Position numbers and translations under genes: made by a program. Shown piece by piece: positions 39,026 through 47,381 of a DNA stretch of 64,000 nt. Each line of letters begins with the position of its first letter. Within the stretch, counting starts at the first letter, position 1. Origin of the DNA: Pseudomonadota bacterium (GTDB taxonomy: Bacteria; Myxococcota; JACRCW01; JAFGSX01); contig JBDRCO010000003.1 in NCBI GenBank assembly GCA_043821645.1, positions 128,001-192,000 of the forward strand, written 5' to 3'. The notes under the pieces are model-generated. The model was not told the DNA's origin. It saw nothing but the letters and a program-made list of their open reading frames with translations, and searched no databases.

Positions 39026-39439
39026 ATGCAGGCGGCAAGGATCGTGGGACGCGGCGCCGTGACCGCGATGTACGCGGGCCTGATCTTCGCACTGTCGTCC
39101 TCGTCGCAGCCTCTTGGCCTGGATCCACCGGACATCCCTGGGCTGGACAAGCTGGTCCATGGCCTCGAGTTCGGGGTGCTGGCACTCCTGCTGCGCTGGA
39201 GTCTGGCCGGGGTTCCGGTCGGCTGGACTGGGCGCACACGGGACCTGCTGGCGGTGGTGCTCGCCGCTCTGTACGGAGTCAGCGACGAGCTTCACCAGCG
39301 GCTGGTGCCAGGGCGGGACGCCTCACCCTGGGACTCCCTTGCCGACGCGATCGGGGCAATCGTGCTGATCGCCGTCGTGGCGAGCCAGCGCCCCTGGCAG
39401 GACACCGCGCCCCCCGGAGGTGATCGGCATGCTGCGTAG
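39026..39439 (+). CDS. VanZ family protein
   Basis: DKLVHGLEF, YGVSDELHQRLVPGR..SPWDSLAD. Confidence 0.88.
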   Translation: MQAARIVGRGAVTAMYAGLIFALSSSSQPLGLDPPDIPGLDKLVHGLEFGVLALLLRWSLAGVPVGWTGRTRDLLAVVLAALYGVSDELHQRLVPGRDASPWDSLADAIGAIVLIAVVASQRPWQDTAPPGGDRHAA

Positions 39440-39959
39440 CTTCGAGGGACGCCTGCCCGTGCTTGGTGCAGAGGCCTACGTCGATCCCAGCGCCCAGGTG
39501 ATCGGCGCTGTGAGCCTGGGACCCTGCAGCAGCGTGTGGATGCAGGCCGTGGTGCGTGGCGACGTGCATCACATCAACATCGGTGCGCGCTCCAACCTGC
39601 AGGACCACGTGCTGGCTCACGTGACCAAGGATCGCTTCGCCCTGACCGTGGGTGACGACGTGACGGTGGGGCACCACGCCGTGCTGCACGGATGCACGAT
39701 CCATGATCGGGTGCTGGTCGGTATCGGGGCTCGGGTCCTGGACGGCGCTGTGGTGGAGAGCGATGCGATGGTCGGTGCGGGTGCCCTGGTGACCCCGGGT
39801 CTGCGTGTGCCCGCGGGGCAGCTCGTGCTCGGGTCGCCGGCCCGGGTTGCGCGCCCGCTGCGCGACGACGAGCGGGAGTACATCCTGGAACTGGCCCGAC
39901 GCTATGTCGACCTGGCCAGGTCCTATGCCCGCGAAATGGACGCAGGCGACCAAGTCTGA
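39429..39959 (+). CDS. Gamma carbonic anhydrase family protein
   Basis: Hexapeptide repeats; VRGD, SNLQD, VGHHAVLHGC. Confidence 0.92.
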   Translation: MLRSFEGRLPVLGAEAYVDPSAQVIGAVSLGPCSSVWMQAVVRGDVHHINIGARSNLQDHVLAHVTKDRFALTVGDDVTVGHHAVLHGCTIHDRVLVGIGARVLDGAVVESDAMVGAGALVTPGLRVPAGQLVLGSPARVARPLRDDEREYILELARRYVDLARSYAREMDAGDQV

Positions 39960-40003
39960 GATAAACGGAGCAGGCGCCTGGCAGCATGGGTGGGAGCACG
40001 GGC

Positions 40004-40453
40004 ATGGACATCGCGACGACCCTGCGGACGAGTTCCTTGTTCTCCAAGTTCGGCGACAACGGCCTTGCGCTGATGACCAAGGTCGCCGAGGTGAAGAGCT
40101 TTCCGGCAGGCACCCCCATCTTCGTCGCCAGCATGCTGGGAGAAAGCCTGTACGTGATCCAGAGCGGCGAGATCGCCCTCGAGCTCAGGATGGGAGATCG
40201 CATCGTTCCGCTGTCCTTGCTGAGACCGGGAGCGCACTTCGGGCAGCTCGCCCTGCTCAATCCAGGGCCGCGGCTCGTTGGTGCCGTGGCGCACTCGGCA
40301 GCCACGGTCATCGAGATCCACCGCAAGTCCTTTCTCAAGCTGCACCAGGTCAAGCCGCAGGTGAGCCTCAAGCTCATGCTTGCGATCTGCGAGGACCTGG
40401 CCCAGGCCACCCGCGATATCGCGCCGCTGCTGCTCAGGACGCTCGCTGTGTAG
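40004..40453 (+). CDS. Stand-alone cyclic nucleotide-binding domain protein
   Basis: LYVIQSGEI...PGAHFGQLALL..GPRL cNMP-binding pattern; no HTH. Confidence 0.85.
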   Translation: MDIATTLRTSSLFSKFGDNGLALMTKVAEVKSFPAGTPIFVASMLGESLYVIQSGEIALELRMGDRIVPLSLLRPGAHFGQLALLNPGPRLVGAVAHSAATVIEIHRKSFLKLHQVKPQVSLKLMLAICEDLAQATRDIAPLLLRTLAV

Positions 40454-40504
40454 TGAGATTGCAGGGTCGGCGGGGCGCGAGCGGGGTCGGGGCTGCTGAC
40501 GGCT

Positions 40505-41206
40505 TCAGCGTGCGAGCAGGCTCACCGCCCCCGACGCCGTCGATAGCTGGATGCTGCTGCCACCACCTCCGTTCAGCGTACCCTCCAGGGCACCGCCCAC
40601 GGTGACACCGTCAAAGTCGAGGGCGCTGTCCACGCTGACACTGCCTGCGCCTGTGGCTCCGCTGACATCCGCCATGGTTGCCGCAGGAAGGGTCAGGGAG
40701 ATGTCGCCTGCACCCGTGGCAACACTGAGTGCGGCACCGTCGGCCAGCTCGAGATCGAGGGTGGCGTTGCCATCGCCCGTGGCGGACTCACCGCCGCCCA
40801 CCATGCCGCTCAGGCTCAAGCTGCCTCCGCCCGTGGCCACCTTGAATGTGAGATTCTCGGGCGTCCGTACCTCGATGTCGACCTGGATGGCATCGCCGGC
40901 AAGGTCCTGCGCGAAGATGGCCACGGAGACCTCCTCGCCGTCGTTGGCGACGACGATGTGGCCCGCACCGGGATCGTCGCTGTGCAGGGTGGGCGTCATG
41001 CTCACCTCGGTACGTCCGGCCTCTCCGATGACGGTGATGTTGCCAAAGCTATTGGCCAGGTTCAGGTGCGACGCCTGCTCGACCGCCACCTCCTGGGCCT
41101 GATCCAGCGGTTTGCCATCCGAGGTGTTCCCCAGGTCGATGAAGGGCCCGCAGGCGACGACAGTGAGCAGACCCAGGTTCATCCCCATCTTCTTGACCAA
41201 TGACAT
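40505..41206 (-). CDS. DUF4097 beta-strand-repeat lipoprotein
   Basis: Lipobox VVAC; repeated (V/S)ATG.G.(I/V/L).L units; GGAGG SD. Confidence 0.8.
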   Translation of the reverse strand: MSLVKKMGMNLGLLTVVACGPFIDLGNTSDGKPLDQAQEVAVEQASHLNLANSFGNITVIGEAGRTEVSMTPTLHSDDPGAGHIVVANDGEEVSVAIFAQDLAGDAIQVDIEVRTPENLTFKVATGGGSLSLSGMVGGGESATGDGNATLDLELADGAALSVATGAGDISLTLPAATMADVSGATGAGSVSVDSALDFDGVTVGGALEGTLNGGGGSSIQLSTASGAVSLLAR

Positions 41207-41249
41207 GTTCGACCTCCGTTGATGCGCCGTGGCGCTGATGCCAGGAGGG

Positions 41250-41265
41250 AGCAAGCTCCGGGCCA
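41250..41265 (-). promoter_or_regulatory. Sigma54 (-24/-12) promoter of the DUF4097 lipoprotein gene
   Basis: Minus strand TGGCCCGGAGCTTGCT (GG-N10-GC; consensus TGGCACG-N4-TTGCW), about 45 nt upstream of the ATG and next to a bEBP gene. Confidence 0.75.
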
Positions 41266-41335
41266 GCGGATCGTTCCATAAAAGTCGAAGCGAGCCCGGC
41301 TTCAGCCGGCCCTGACCCCGAGGACACCGAGCGCC

Positions 41336-41395
41336 CTGTCACGCATTCGCGACAGTGTCACACGAAAGGGGCGAGGGGCCGGGTCAGATGTGACG
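41336..41395. promoter_or_regulatory. Candidate upstream activator (enhancer) sites
   Basis: Palindrome CTGTC-N10-GACAG (41336-41355), repeated TGTCAC (41337, 41356) and inverted GTGAC (41390), 70-130 bp upstream of the -24 element. Confidence 0.45.
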
Positions 41396-41549
41396 GGCAT
41401 CACCCCAGCGCACCGGCTGCTCGTTCCGTGGCGTGATCTGCGGGCTGAGCAACGCAGCCGGGGCAGTGGAAAGGCGAACCACGCGTTGTCGTTGCCACCG
41501 CATTGTCGAAGGGTGGGGGCTGGGCAGAACGCATCCCGGAACGGGTTTG

Positions 41550-42899
41550 TCAGCGTTCCAACTGGTGCTTGGCCAGCAGGCGATGGAAGCTCTGCCTGGG
41601 CAGGTCGCTGAGTTCGGCGGCCCGCGTGACCACCCCCCCGGCGCGTTCGAGGGCAGCACCAAGATACTCCCGCTCGAAGCGATCCTGGACCTCGCGCTTG
41701 GCCTCGTGAAAGGGCAGCACCAGCAGGTGGTCCGGACTCTTGGGCCGGGCCAGGGTCGTGGGCACCGCGTGCTCGGGGGCATCCGGGAACAGAAGCAAGC
41801 GTTCGAGAACGTTGCGCAGCTCGCGCACATTGCCTGGCCAGTCGTAGCGCGTCAGCAGCCCCAGCACTGTGGGCGTGATGAGCTCCTCGCTCGAGCTTTG
41901 TGGGGCCAGGCTGTGCAGGATGCCGCGAGCCAGGACAGGTAGGTCGTCGCGGCGATCGCGCAAAGGGGGCAAGCGCACACGCAGCACCGACAGTCGGTAG
42001 AACAGGTCCTGGCGAAAGCGTCCGGCCTCGACCTCGCGCTCGAGGTCGCGGTGGGTGGCTGCGAGAACCCGGATGTCGACGGGCCGGTAGCGGTTTTCGC
42101 CGAGGCGGCGGAGTTCGCGCTTCTCGAGCAGGCGCAGCAGCTGAGGTTGCAGTGCCAGGTCGAGCTCGCCGATCTCGTCGAGGAAGACCGTGCCTCCCTC
42201 GGCAGACTCGAACACGCCAGCGCGATCCCGGTCCGCACCGCTGAAGGCGCCCCGGGCGTGGCCGAACAGCTCACTCTGGATCAGGGTCGCGGCCATGGCC
42301 CCGCAGTCCACCACCAGGAATGGCATCTCGGCCCGGCTCGAGGCTGCGTGCAGGCTCTCGGCGGCGAGGTCCTTGCCCGTGCCTGTCTCGCCCTCCAGCA
42401 GCACCGTACTGTCACTGCCAGCGGCGCGCTCCAGCAGGGCGAAGGCCTGGCGCATGGGCAGGCTGGCGCCAAGCAGGCTGCCAAAGCGGGTGGCCTCACT
42501 CAGGGGGAGGTCCCGATGGCCCGCGCCGAAGCGCAGGGCGAGTTCGGTCGAACCGACCTGGATGCTGCACTCGCGGTCCAGCAGGGCGCTCTCGATGCGC
42601 AGTCCGTGGACATGCGTGCCGTTGCGGCTGCCCAGATCCCGCAGCCGATAGCCATCGTCCGCCAGTGCGAGCTCGCAATGCTGGCGCGAGACGGTCGAGT
42701 CGGAGAGGACCAGGTTACATTCCTCGCCGCTGCCTACGCGCAACCCGGCTCCGACTTCCCGCACCAGCCCCTTATCCGGTCCTGCCACGACGTGGAGTTC
42801 GACCTGCTGCACGCGCAGGACGCGGCCCCTGTCGCCCTCGGCGAGCACCTGGGTCACCCGCGTCATCTCCTGCGCCGTGTCGGTGTTCATGGCATCCAC
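41550..42899 (-). CDS. FHA-domain sigma54-dependent enhancer-binding protein (Fis-type HTH)
   Basis: FHA (VSRQH, SRNGT); GETGTGKD, SELFGHARGAFSGA, FLDEIGE, FRQDLFYRL, WPGNVREL; C-terminal HTH. Confidence 0.93.
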   Translation of the reverse strand: MDAMNTDTAQEMTRVTQVLAEGDRGRVLRVQQVELHVVAGPDKGLVREVGAGLRVGSGEECNLVLSDSTVSRQHCELALADDGYRLRDLGSRNGTHVHGLRIESALLDRECSIQVGSTELALRFGAGHRDLPLSEATRFGSLLGASLPMRQAFALLERAAGSDSTVLLEGETGTGKDLAAESLHAASSRAEMPFLVVDCGAMAATLIQSELFGHARGAFSGADRDRAGVFESAEGGTVFLDEIGELDLALQPQLLRLLEKRELRRLGENRYRPVDIRVLAATHRDLEREVEAGRFRQDLFYRLSVLRVRLPPLRDRRDDLPVLARGILHSLAPQSSSEELITPTVLGLLTRYDWPGNVRELRNVLERLLLFPDAPEHAVPTTLARPKSPDHLLVLPFHEAKREVQDRFEREYLGAALERAGGVVTRAAELSDLPRQSFHRLLAKHQLER

Positions 42900-42940
42900 G
42901 TGCTGGCGAGGTCCCGTCGGGTCGTCCGGCAGGCTCCCTG

Positions 42941-43360
42941 TCAGAAGGTGAAGGTGACCTCGCTGGTCTTGCCCTCGGTGACGGTGACTCGCGCACAGTC
43001 CTCGTCGAGAAATTGCCCCTGAGCGTCGCTGGCGAGCGCTGCGAGGGTGTGCTCGCCTGTGGTCAGGTGCAGCGTCTCCCCGGCGCTGCCCGGGTCGCTG
43101 GACAGCTGCCAGGATTCATGGCTGCAGGGTGTGCCCGTCGGGATGAAGCCACTGAATATGCTGCAGTCTGCAAGAGAGTCGGCCACCGCCAGCACCGTGC
43201 TGCAGGCGCGCGCCGTGGAGTCGCCAGCGATGTCGGCCAGCTCGACACGGTCGATCTGACTTCCCCAGGCGGGCGAGATGACGACGTTCACGGCCAGGCC
43301 CACGTCGCTCCCACCGCAGGCCACCAGGCCGAGCACGACCAGAGGAAACAACTGCCTCAT
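42941..43360 (-). CDS. Hypothetical Cys-containing lipoprotein
   Basis: Lipobox LVAC; TGATG coupling to the upstream TPR gene. Confidence 0.75.
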   Translation of the reverse strand: MRQLFPLVVLGLVACGGSDVGLAVNVVISPAWGSQIDRVELADIAGDSTARACSTVLAVADSLADCSIFSGFIPTGTPCSHESWQLSSDPGSAGETLHLTTGEHTLAALASDAQGQFLDEDCARVTVTEGKTSEVTFTF

Positions 43361-44034
43361 CAGAAATTCACCTTCACGCACCCCGAGCCCGCCGGTGCGT
43401 CGCAGGACGGACCTGGATCCGGCGGCGGGGTGCCCTGGTTGAGTGCGAGCAGCACCACGACGGTGGTCACTCCGGCGGTGGCGATCGCGGCGGCCCCCAG
43501 GCCAGCCCAGAGCCAGGGGCTGCTCCACACACTGTCGCTCTCCGGCGCCTCGGCAGCGGAGGCCGCAGGCGCCGTCGACGGGGCAAGGGCCGCTGCGGGA
43601 GTCTCGACGCCAGGTTGTGGCGCCAAAGGTGCCGTGTCGAGGGAGGGCTCGGGTGCGGGATCCTGGGCAGGAGACGCAGGCGCCGCGGCCGCGCGTGTCC
43701 GGGCTTGCTCGATGAGGTCGCGGACCTTGGGTGAAACGTCCGGAGGCAGCTCGAGCATGGGATCCAGGGTCACCGCCTCCACGAAGTGCCGCTGCGCCAG
43801 ATCGTGCTCGCCAAGAGTCAGGCGGATGATGCCCATGAGCAGGGCAGCCCGGGAGCGATCGGGGCGGGGGAGGGCGGGATCCGCAGCGGCACGACCGAGC
43901 AGGGGTTCGGCGCGCGTGTAGTCCATCGCGTTGTACGCCGCGATCCCATCCTCGAGGGAGCCGGCCCAGGCCGGGCTACCCAGCAGGACAAGCACCAAGG
44001 CACTCCAACCGAACAGCACGCGCCGGGTCGCCAT
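43360..44034 (-). CDS. TPR-containing exported/membrane protein
   Basis: Signal peptide; TPR-like helices and SPKV motif; C-terminal WSSPWLW plus TM helix, typical of myxobacterial TPR proteins beside kinases. Confidence 0.75.
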   Translation of the reverse strand: MATRRVLFGWSALVLVLLGSPAWAGSLEDGIAAYNAMDYTRAEPLLGRAAADPALPRPDRSRAALLMGIIRLTLGEHDLAQRHFVEAVTLDPMLELPPDVSPKVRDLIEQARTRAAAAPASPAQDPAPEPSLDTAPLAPQPGVETPAAALAPSTAPAASAAEAPESDSVWSSPWLWAGLGAAAIATAGVTTVVVLLALNQGTPPPDPGPSCDAPAGSGCVKVNF

Positions 44035-44201
44035 CGAGAAACCTGACCGGCGCGCTTGAGGTCCGGATGCCACGCTTCGTTGCACATGAACTGTCGTCGT
44101 CACCGTGCGACCTCATCGAGAAAGAAGCGAGTGGACCGTAGCACGCTGCCCCGCTAGCCTCAACCATGCCCGGCCCATCATGGCTCCCGGGAGATAGGCA
44201 C

Positions 44202-46145
44202 ATGCAGAGCTTTGGCCGCTACGAACTGATCGAGCCGGTCGCGCATGGCGGCGTGGCCGAGGTTTTTCTCGCGCGCCAGGTGGGTCCTGGTGACTTCGTG
44301 CGCGAACTCGTGATCAAGCGGGTCCTTCCCGAGTACGCCGGGATGCCCAAGTTCGTCGAGCTGTTCCTCGACGAGGCCAAGGTCATCGCACGCCTGTCTC
44401 ATCCCAGCATCGTGACCATCCTCGATTTTGGAGAGGTCGACGGGACCTACTTCATCGCCATGGAGCGGGTGCTGGGCCCGAGCCTGAGCTCGCTCGGCAG
44501 GGCCGCCGCCAGGCAGCAGCGCACCTTGCCCTTCGTGGTGCTGGCCCGCATCTGCGCCCAGGTGGCCGAGGGTCTGGCCTACGCTCATCAGTTGCGAGAC
44601 GATCAGAATCAGTCCCTGGGTATCGTGCACCGCGACATCTCGCCCTCCAATATCGTGGTCTCTTACGACGGTGTGCCCAAGATCTTGGACTTCGGGATCG
44701 CCAAGGCGAGCACCTCGACCCACAAGACGCGCACAGGCGAGATCCGCGGCAAGCTGGCCTACATGTCACCCGAGCAGGTCACCGGCGAGCCGCTGGACGG
44801 ACGGGCGGACATCTATTCCCTGGGCGTGGTGCTCTACCAGTGCGTCACCAACTGCAAACCCTTCCAGGGCAAGAGCGACTACGCGCTGATGAGTGCGATC
44901 CTGCAGGCGAGCCCCGAACCCCCGTGTCTGGCCAACCCGGCGCTTCCCCCCGAGCTGGGTCGCATCATCCAGACCGCCATGGCACCTCGTCGCGAGGACA
45001 GACACGCCACGGCGCGCCAGCTGGCGCTGGAACTCGACGCCTTCGTGCTTTCCCAGGGCGTTCCCATCACCTCCTATGACATTGCCGAGGTGGTGCGCGG
45101 TATCGAGGCCGTGCATGGCGAACGCCTGGCGCCTGCGGGTCTTTTCGGAGGCAGTCGATCGTATTCCGCGGTGCCTGACGAGGGGCCGGTGCTCGAGGAG
45201 GCCTCGCCGGATCAAGCGACCATCAGCAGCAGTGAGCGGCCCGCTGCCGCCGAACTGTCCCTGCCGGTTCGCCAGCGCGCATCGACGACACCCATGCCAA
45301 AAGTGGGTGGCCTGGTCCAGGTCGTGACCTCGGGCTCGCCCGCCACCGGTTCGTCGAGCGGCGTGCCCCTGGCCGTTGCTGAACCCGCGGCGACGGGTGA
45401 TCAGGTGTTCACTGCAGCACCCGATTCCCCCACCAAGCGCCGCGCACCCCTGATCCTGGCGCTATCCGGGGCTGCGGTCGCCCTTGTGGTGGCGGGTGTC
45501 TACGGCTTCGGATGGCCCGCCAGATCTCCCTCGCCTGGTGTGCGAGGCGAGGAGCCGCGACCGGCCGGTATCGACGCCGGCGACGTCGTGGTTCCTGCTG
45601 TTGCCATGCCTGCGACAGATGCCTCGGTGACGGCGGAGCTTGCCACCGCGCGACCCGTCGCAAAACCCAGACCTGCCCGCGTACGCGACAAACCCAGGAC
45701 ACCAGTTCCTGTCCCCGCCGAGGACCCGGGCGAGGGAGCGCTGATCGTTCACACCACACCCTGGACCCAGCTCCTCGTCGACGGCGAGCCCCGTGGCGAG
45801 ACGCCGGTTCGTGTGGTGCTGGCCGCGGGAACCCACCACATCGAACTCCGCAACCCGGGCTCCGGGATCGCACATCGCACCACGGTGCAGATCCGCAAGG
45901 GCCAGGACGAGAAGCTTCGCCTCGACCTCACCCCCGGGGAGCTGGTGCTGGTGGTCAAGCCCTGGGGCGAGGTCTACGTCGACGGAGCCAAGCGTGGCAC
46001 CACACCCCTGTCGCCGTTCCAGGTGGCACCGGGACTCCACCGAATCGAGGTGGTTCAGCCGGAGACGGGGCAGCGGCGCAGCGAGCGTTTCGACGTCAAG
46101 CCGGGGACTCGTCACGAGCTCAAGTTCGATCTCACCGTGCCGTGA
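44202..46145 (+). CDS. Membrane Ser/Thr protein kinase with two PEGA domains
   Basis: GGVAEVF, VIKRV, HRDISPSN, DFG, YMSPE; TM helix; two PW..(L/Y)VDG..RG.TP repeats. Confidence 0.92.
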   Translation: MQSFGRYELIEPVAHGGVAEVFLARQVGPGDFVRELVIKRVLPEYAGMPKFVELFLDEAKVIARLSHPSIVTILDFGEVDGTYFIAMERVLGPSLSSLGRAAARQQRTLPFVVLARICAQVAEGLAYAHQLRDDQNQSLGIVHRDISPSNIVVSYDGVPKILDFGIAKASTSTHKTRTGEIRGKLAYMSPEQVTGEPLDGRADIYSLGVVLYQCVTNCKPFQGKSDYALMSAILQASPEPPCLANPALPPELGRIIQTAMAPRREDRHATARQLALELDAFVLSQGVPITSYDIAEVVRGIEAVHGERLAPAGLFGGSRSYSAVPDEGPVLEEASPDQATISSSERPAAAELSLPVRQRASTTPMPKVGGLVQVVTSGSPATGSSSGVPLAVAEPAATGDQVFTAAPDSPTKRRAPLILALSGAAVALVVAGVYGFGWPARSPSPGVRGEEPRPAGIDAGDVVVPAVAMPATDASVTAELATARPVAKPRPARVRDKPRTPVPVPAEDPGEGALIVHTTPWTQLLVDGEPRGETPVRVVLAAGTHHIELRNPGSGIAHRTTVQIRKGQDEKLRLDLTPGELVLVVKPWGEVYVDGAKRGTTPLSPFQVAPGLHRIEVVQPETGQRRSERFDVKPGTRHELKFDLTVP

Positions 46146-46160
46146 AGCCAGGGGTCGTGC

Positions 46161-46628
46161 TCAGGCGAGGGCCCGCGCCAACAGGCGCAGGGACCCGACC
46201 GCACGGTGCAGGTCCGCACGCTTGATGGACCGCGCGCTGTCCTCCTTGCGCCACAGCAGGACCTCGAGCAGGAGCTGGTGCAGGAAGTGGAGCGTCTCGA
46301 CCTCGAGGTGCGTCGGCGCGGCACGGGCATACAGCTTGTTGCGCATGTAGTGATCGACGCGCTCGACCTCGAACTCGAGCTCCCAATCCAGCAAGTCGCA
46401 CAGGACCAGCATCAGTTCCGCGGATGCTGGATGCATCTGGTCCAGCACGGGCTCGATGCGGCGCTGGAGCTGCAGGTCGTCGAAGCCGAGGTCGCCCGGC
46501 TCAAAAGGCAGGGCCTGGCACAGCTCGAACAGTTCGCGACCCACGAGGTCCAGGTAGACCTCGATCGTGGGCACGGGCTTGCGCTCGTACAGCCACTCCA
46601 GGCGTTGCTTCAGGGTGCGCTGGGACAC
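46161..46628 (-). CDS. Hypothetical protein
   Basis: GTG 1 nt after the upstream stop; helical, protein-like composition. Confidence 0.65.
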   Translation of the reverse strand: MSQRTLKQRLEWLYERKPVPTIEVYLDLVGRELFELCQALPFEPGDLGFDDLQLQRRIEPVLDQMHPASAELMLVLCDLLDWELEFEVERVDHYMRNKLYARAAPTHLEVETLHFLHQLLLEVLLWRKEDSARSIKRADLHRAVGSLRLLARALA

Positions 46629-46629
46629 G

Positions 46630-47220
46630 CTAGCGGTCGACGACGGTGATCTTGATCCGTGCCGTGGCGTTGCCGGCGCGGGCCGTGAGCACGGCATCGC
46701 CAATGGCCTGGGCCACGACCTGACCCTGCTGGTCGACGTCGGCGGCATAGCCGTTCATGGTCCAGGTGATGCGTGCGTCGGTGACAGGCTGATTGCGATC
46801 GTTCTTGACCACGGCCGCGATCTTCTTCTCTTCACCCATCTTCATCGTCAGCTCGTCGGCAGGGTCGAGCTCGAGCTTGTCGAGGATGCGCACGGTCAGG
46901 GTCTGGCTCACCTTGAAGGTCAGATACGAGGCCTGGATATCGGTACTGCCACTGCCCACCGCGGTGACCTCGCCCGCGATGTCCACGGTGACCACACTCT
47001 CGTCGCCGGATGACCAGGCCGCGTCGACGAGCTGGACGAACAGCCCGTTCTTGTCCAGGCCTGCCACGGTGAACTTCTGGGTCTTGCCCTTGCGGTCCAT
47101 GGAGAGCAACTCTGCCGGACCGGGCCGGATCTCGATGCTCTGAACGCCGCGCGGGCCACAGGCCGCGAGGCCGAGCAGCACGGCGAAGGCAAGTCCACAG
47201 GTCAGGGAGCACAAGCGCAT
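46630..47220 (-). CDS. Lipoprotein with two bacterial Ig-like (Big_2) domains
   Basis: Lipobox LAAC; WSSGDESVVTVD..G.VTAVG.G and a second W...VD..G.V.A...G repeat; GGAGG SD. Confidence 0.85.
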   Translation of the reverse strand: MRLCSLTCGLAFAVLLGLAACGPRGVQSIEIRPGPAELLSMDRKGKTQKFTVAGLDKNGLFVQLVDAAWSSGDESVVTVDIAGEVTAVGSGSTDIQASYLTFKVSQTLTVRILDKLELDPADELTMKMGEEKKIAAVVKNDRNQPVTDARITWTMNGYAADVDQQGQVVAQAIGDAVLTARAGNATARIKITVVDR

Positions 47221-47381
47221 GACGACCTCCGGGATGCGATGCGTGGGCGCAGTCTAGCAACGTCCGGGAGGGCAGGAGAAGAGGGGATCGCAGGTGCGGA
47301 CCCCTTGCCAGCCATGTTTCTTTCATCGATAGTCCGGGGCTTCGCGCTTCGTGCTTCCGTCGCTGCGCTCCAGGAGAACCG

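Noticed and set aside
39026..39439. VanZ as a glycopeptide-resistance determinant
   Set aside because: Stand-alone VanZ-like proteins are widespread, and no other van genes are present.
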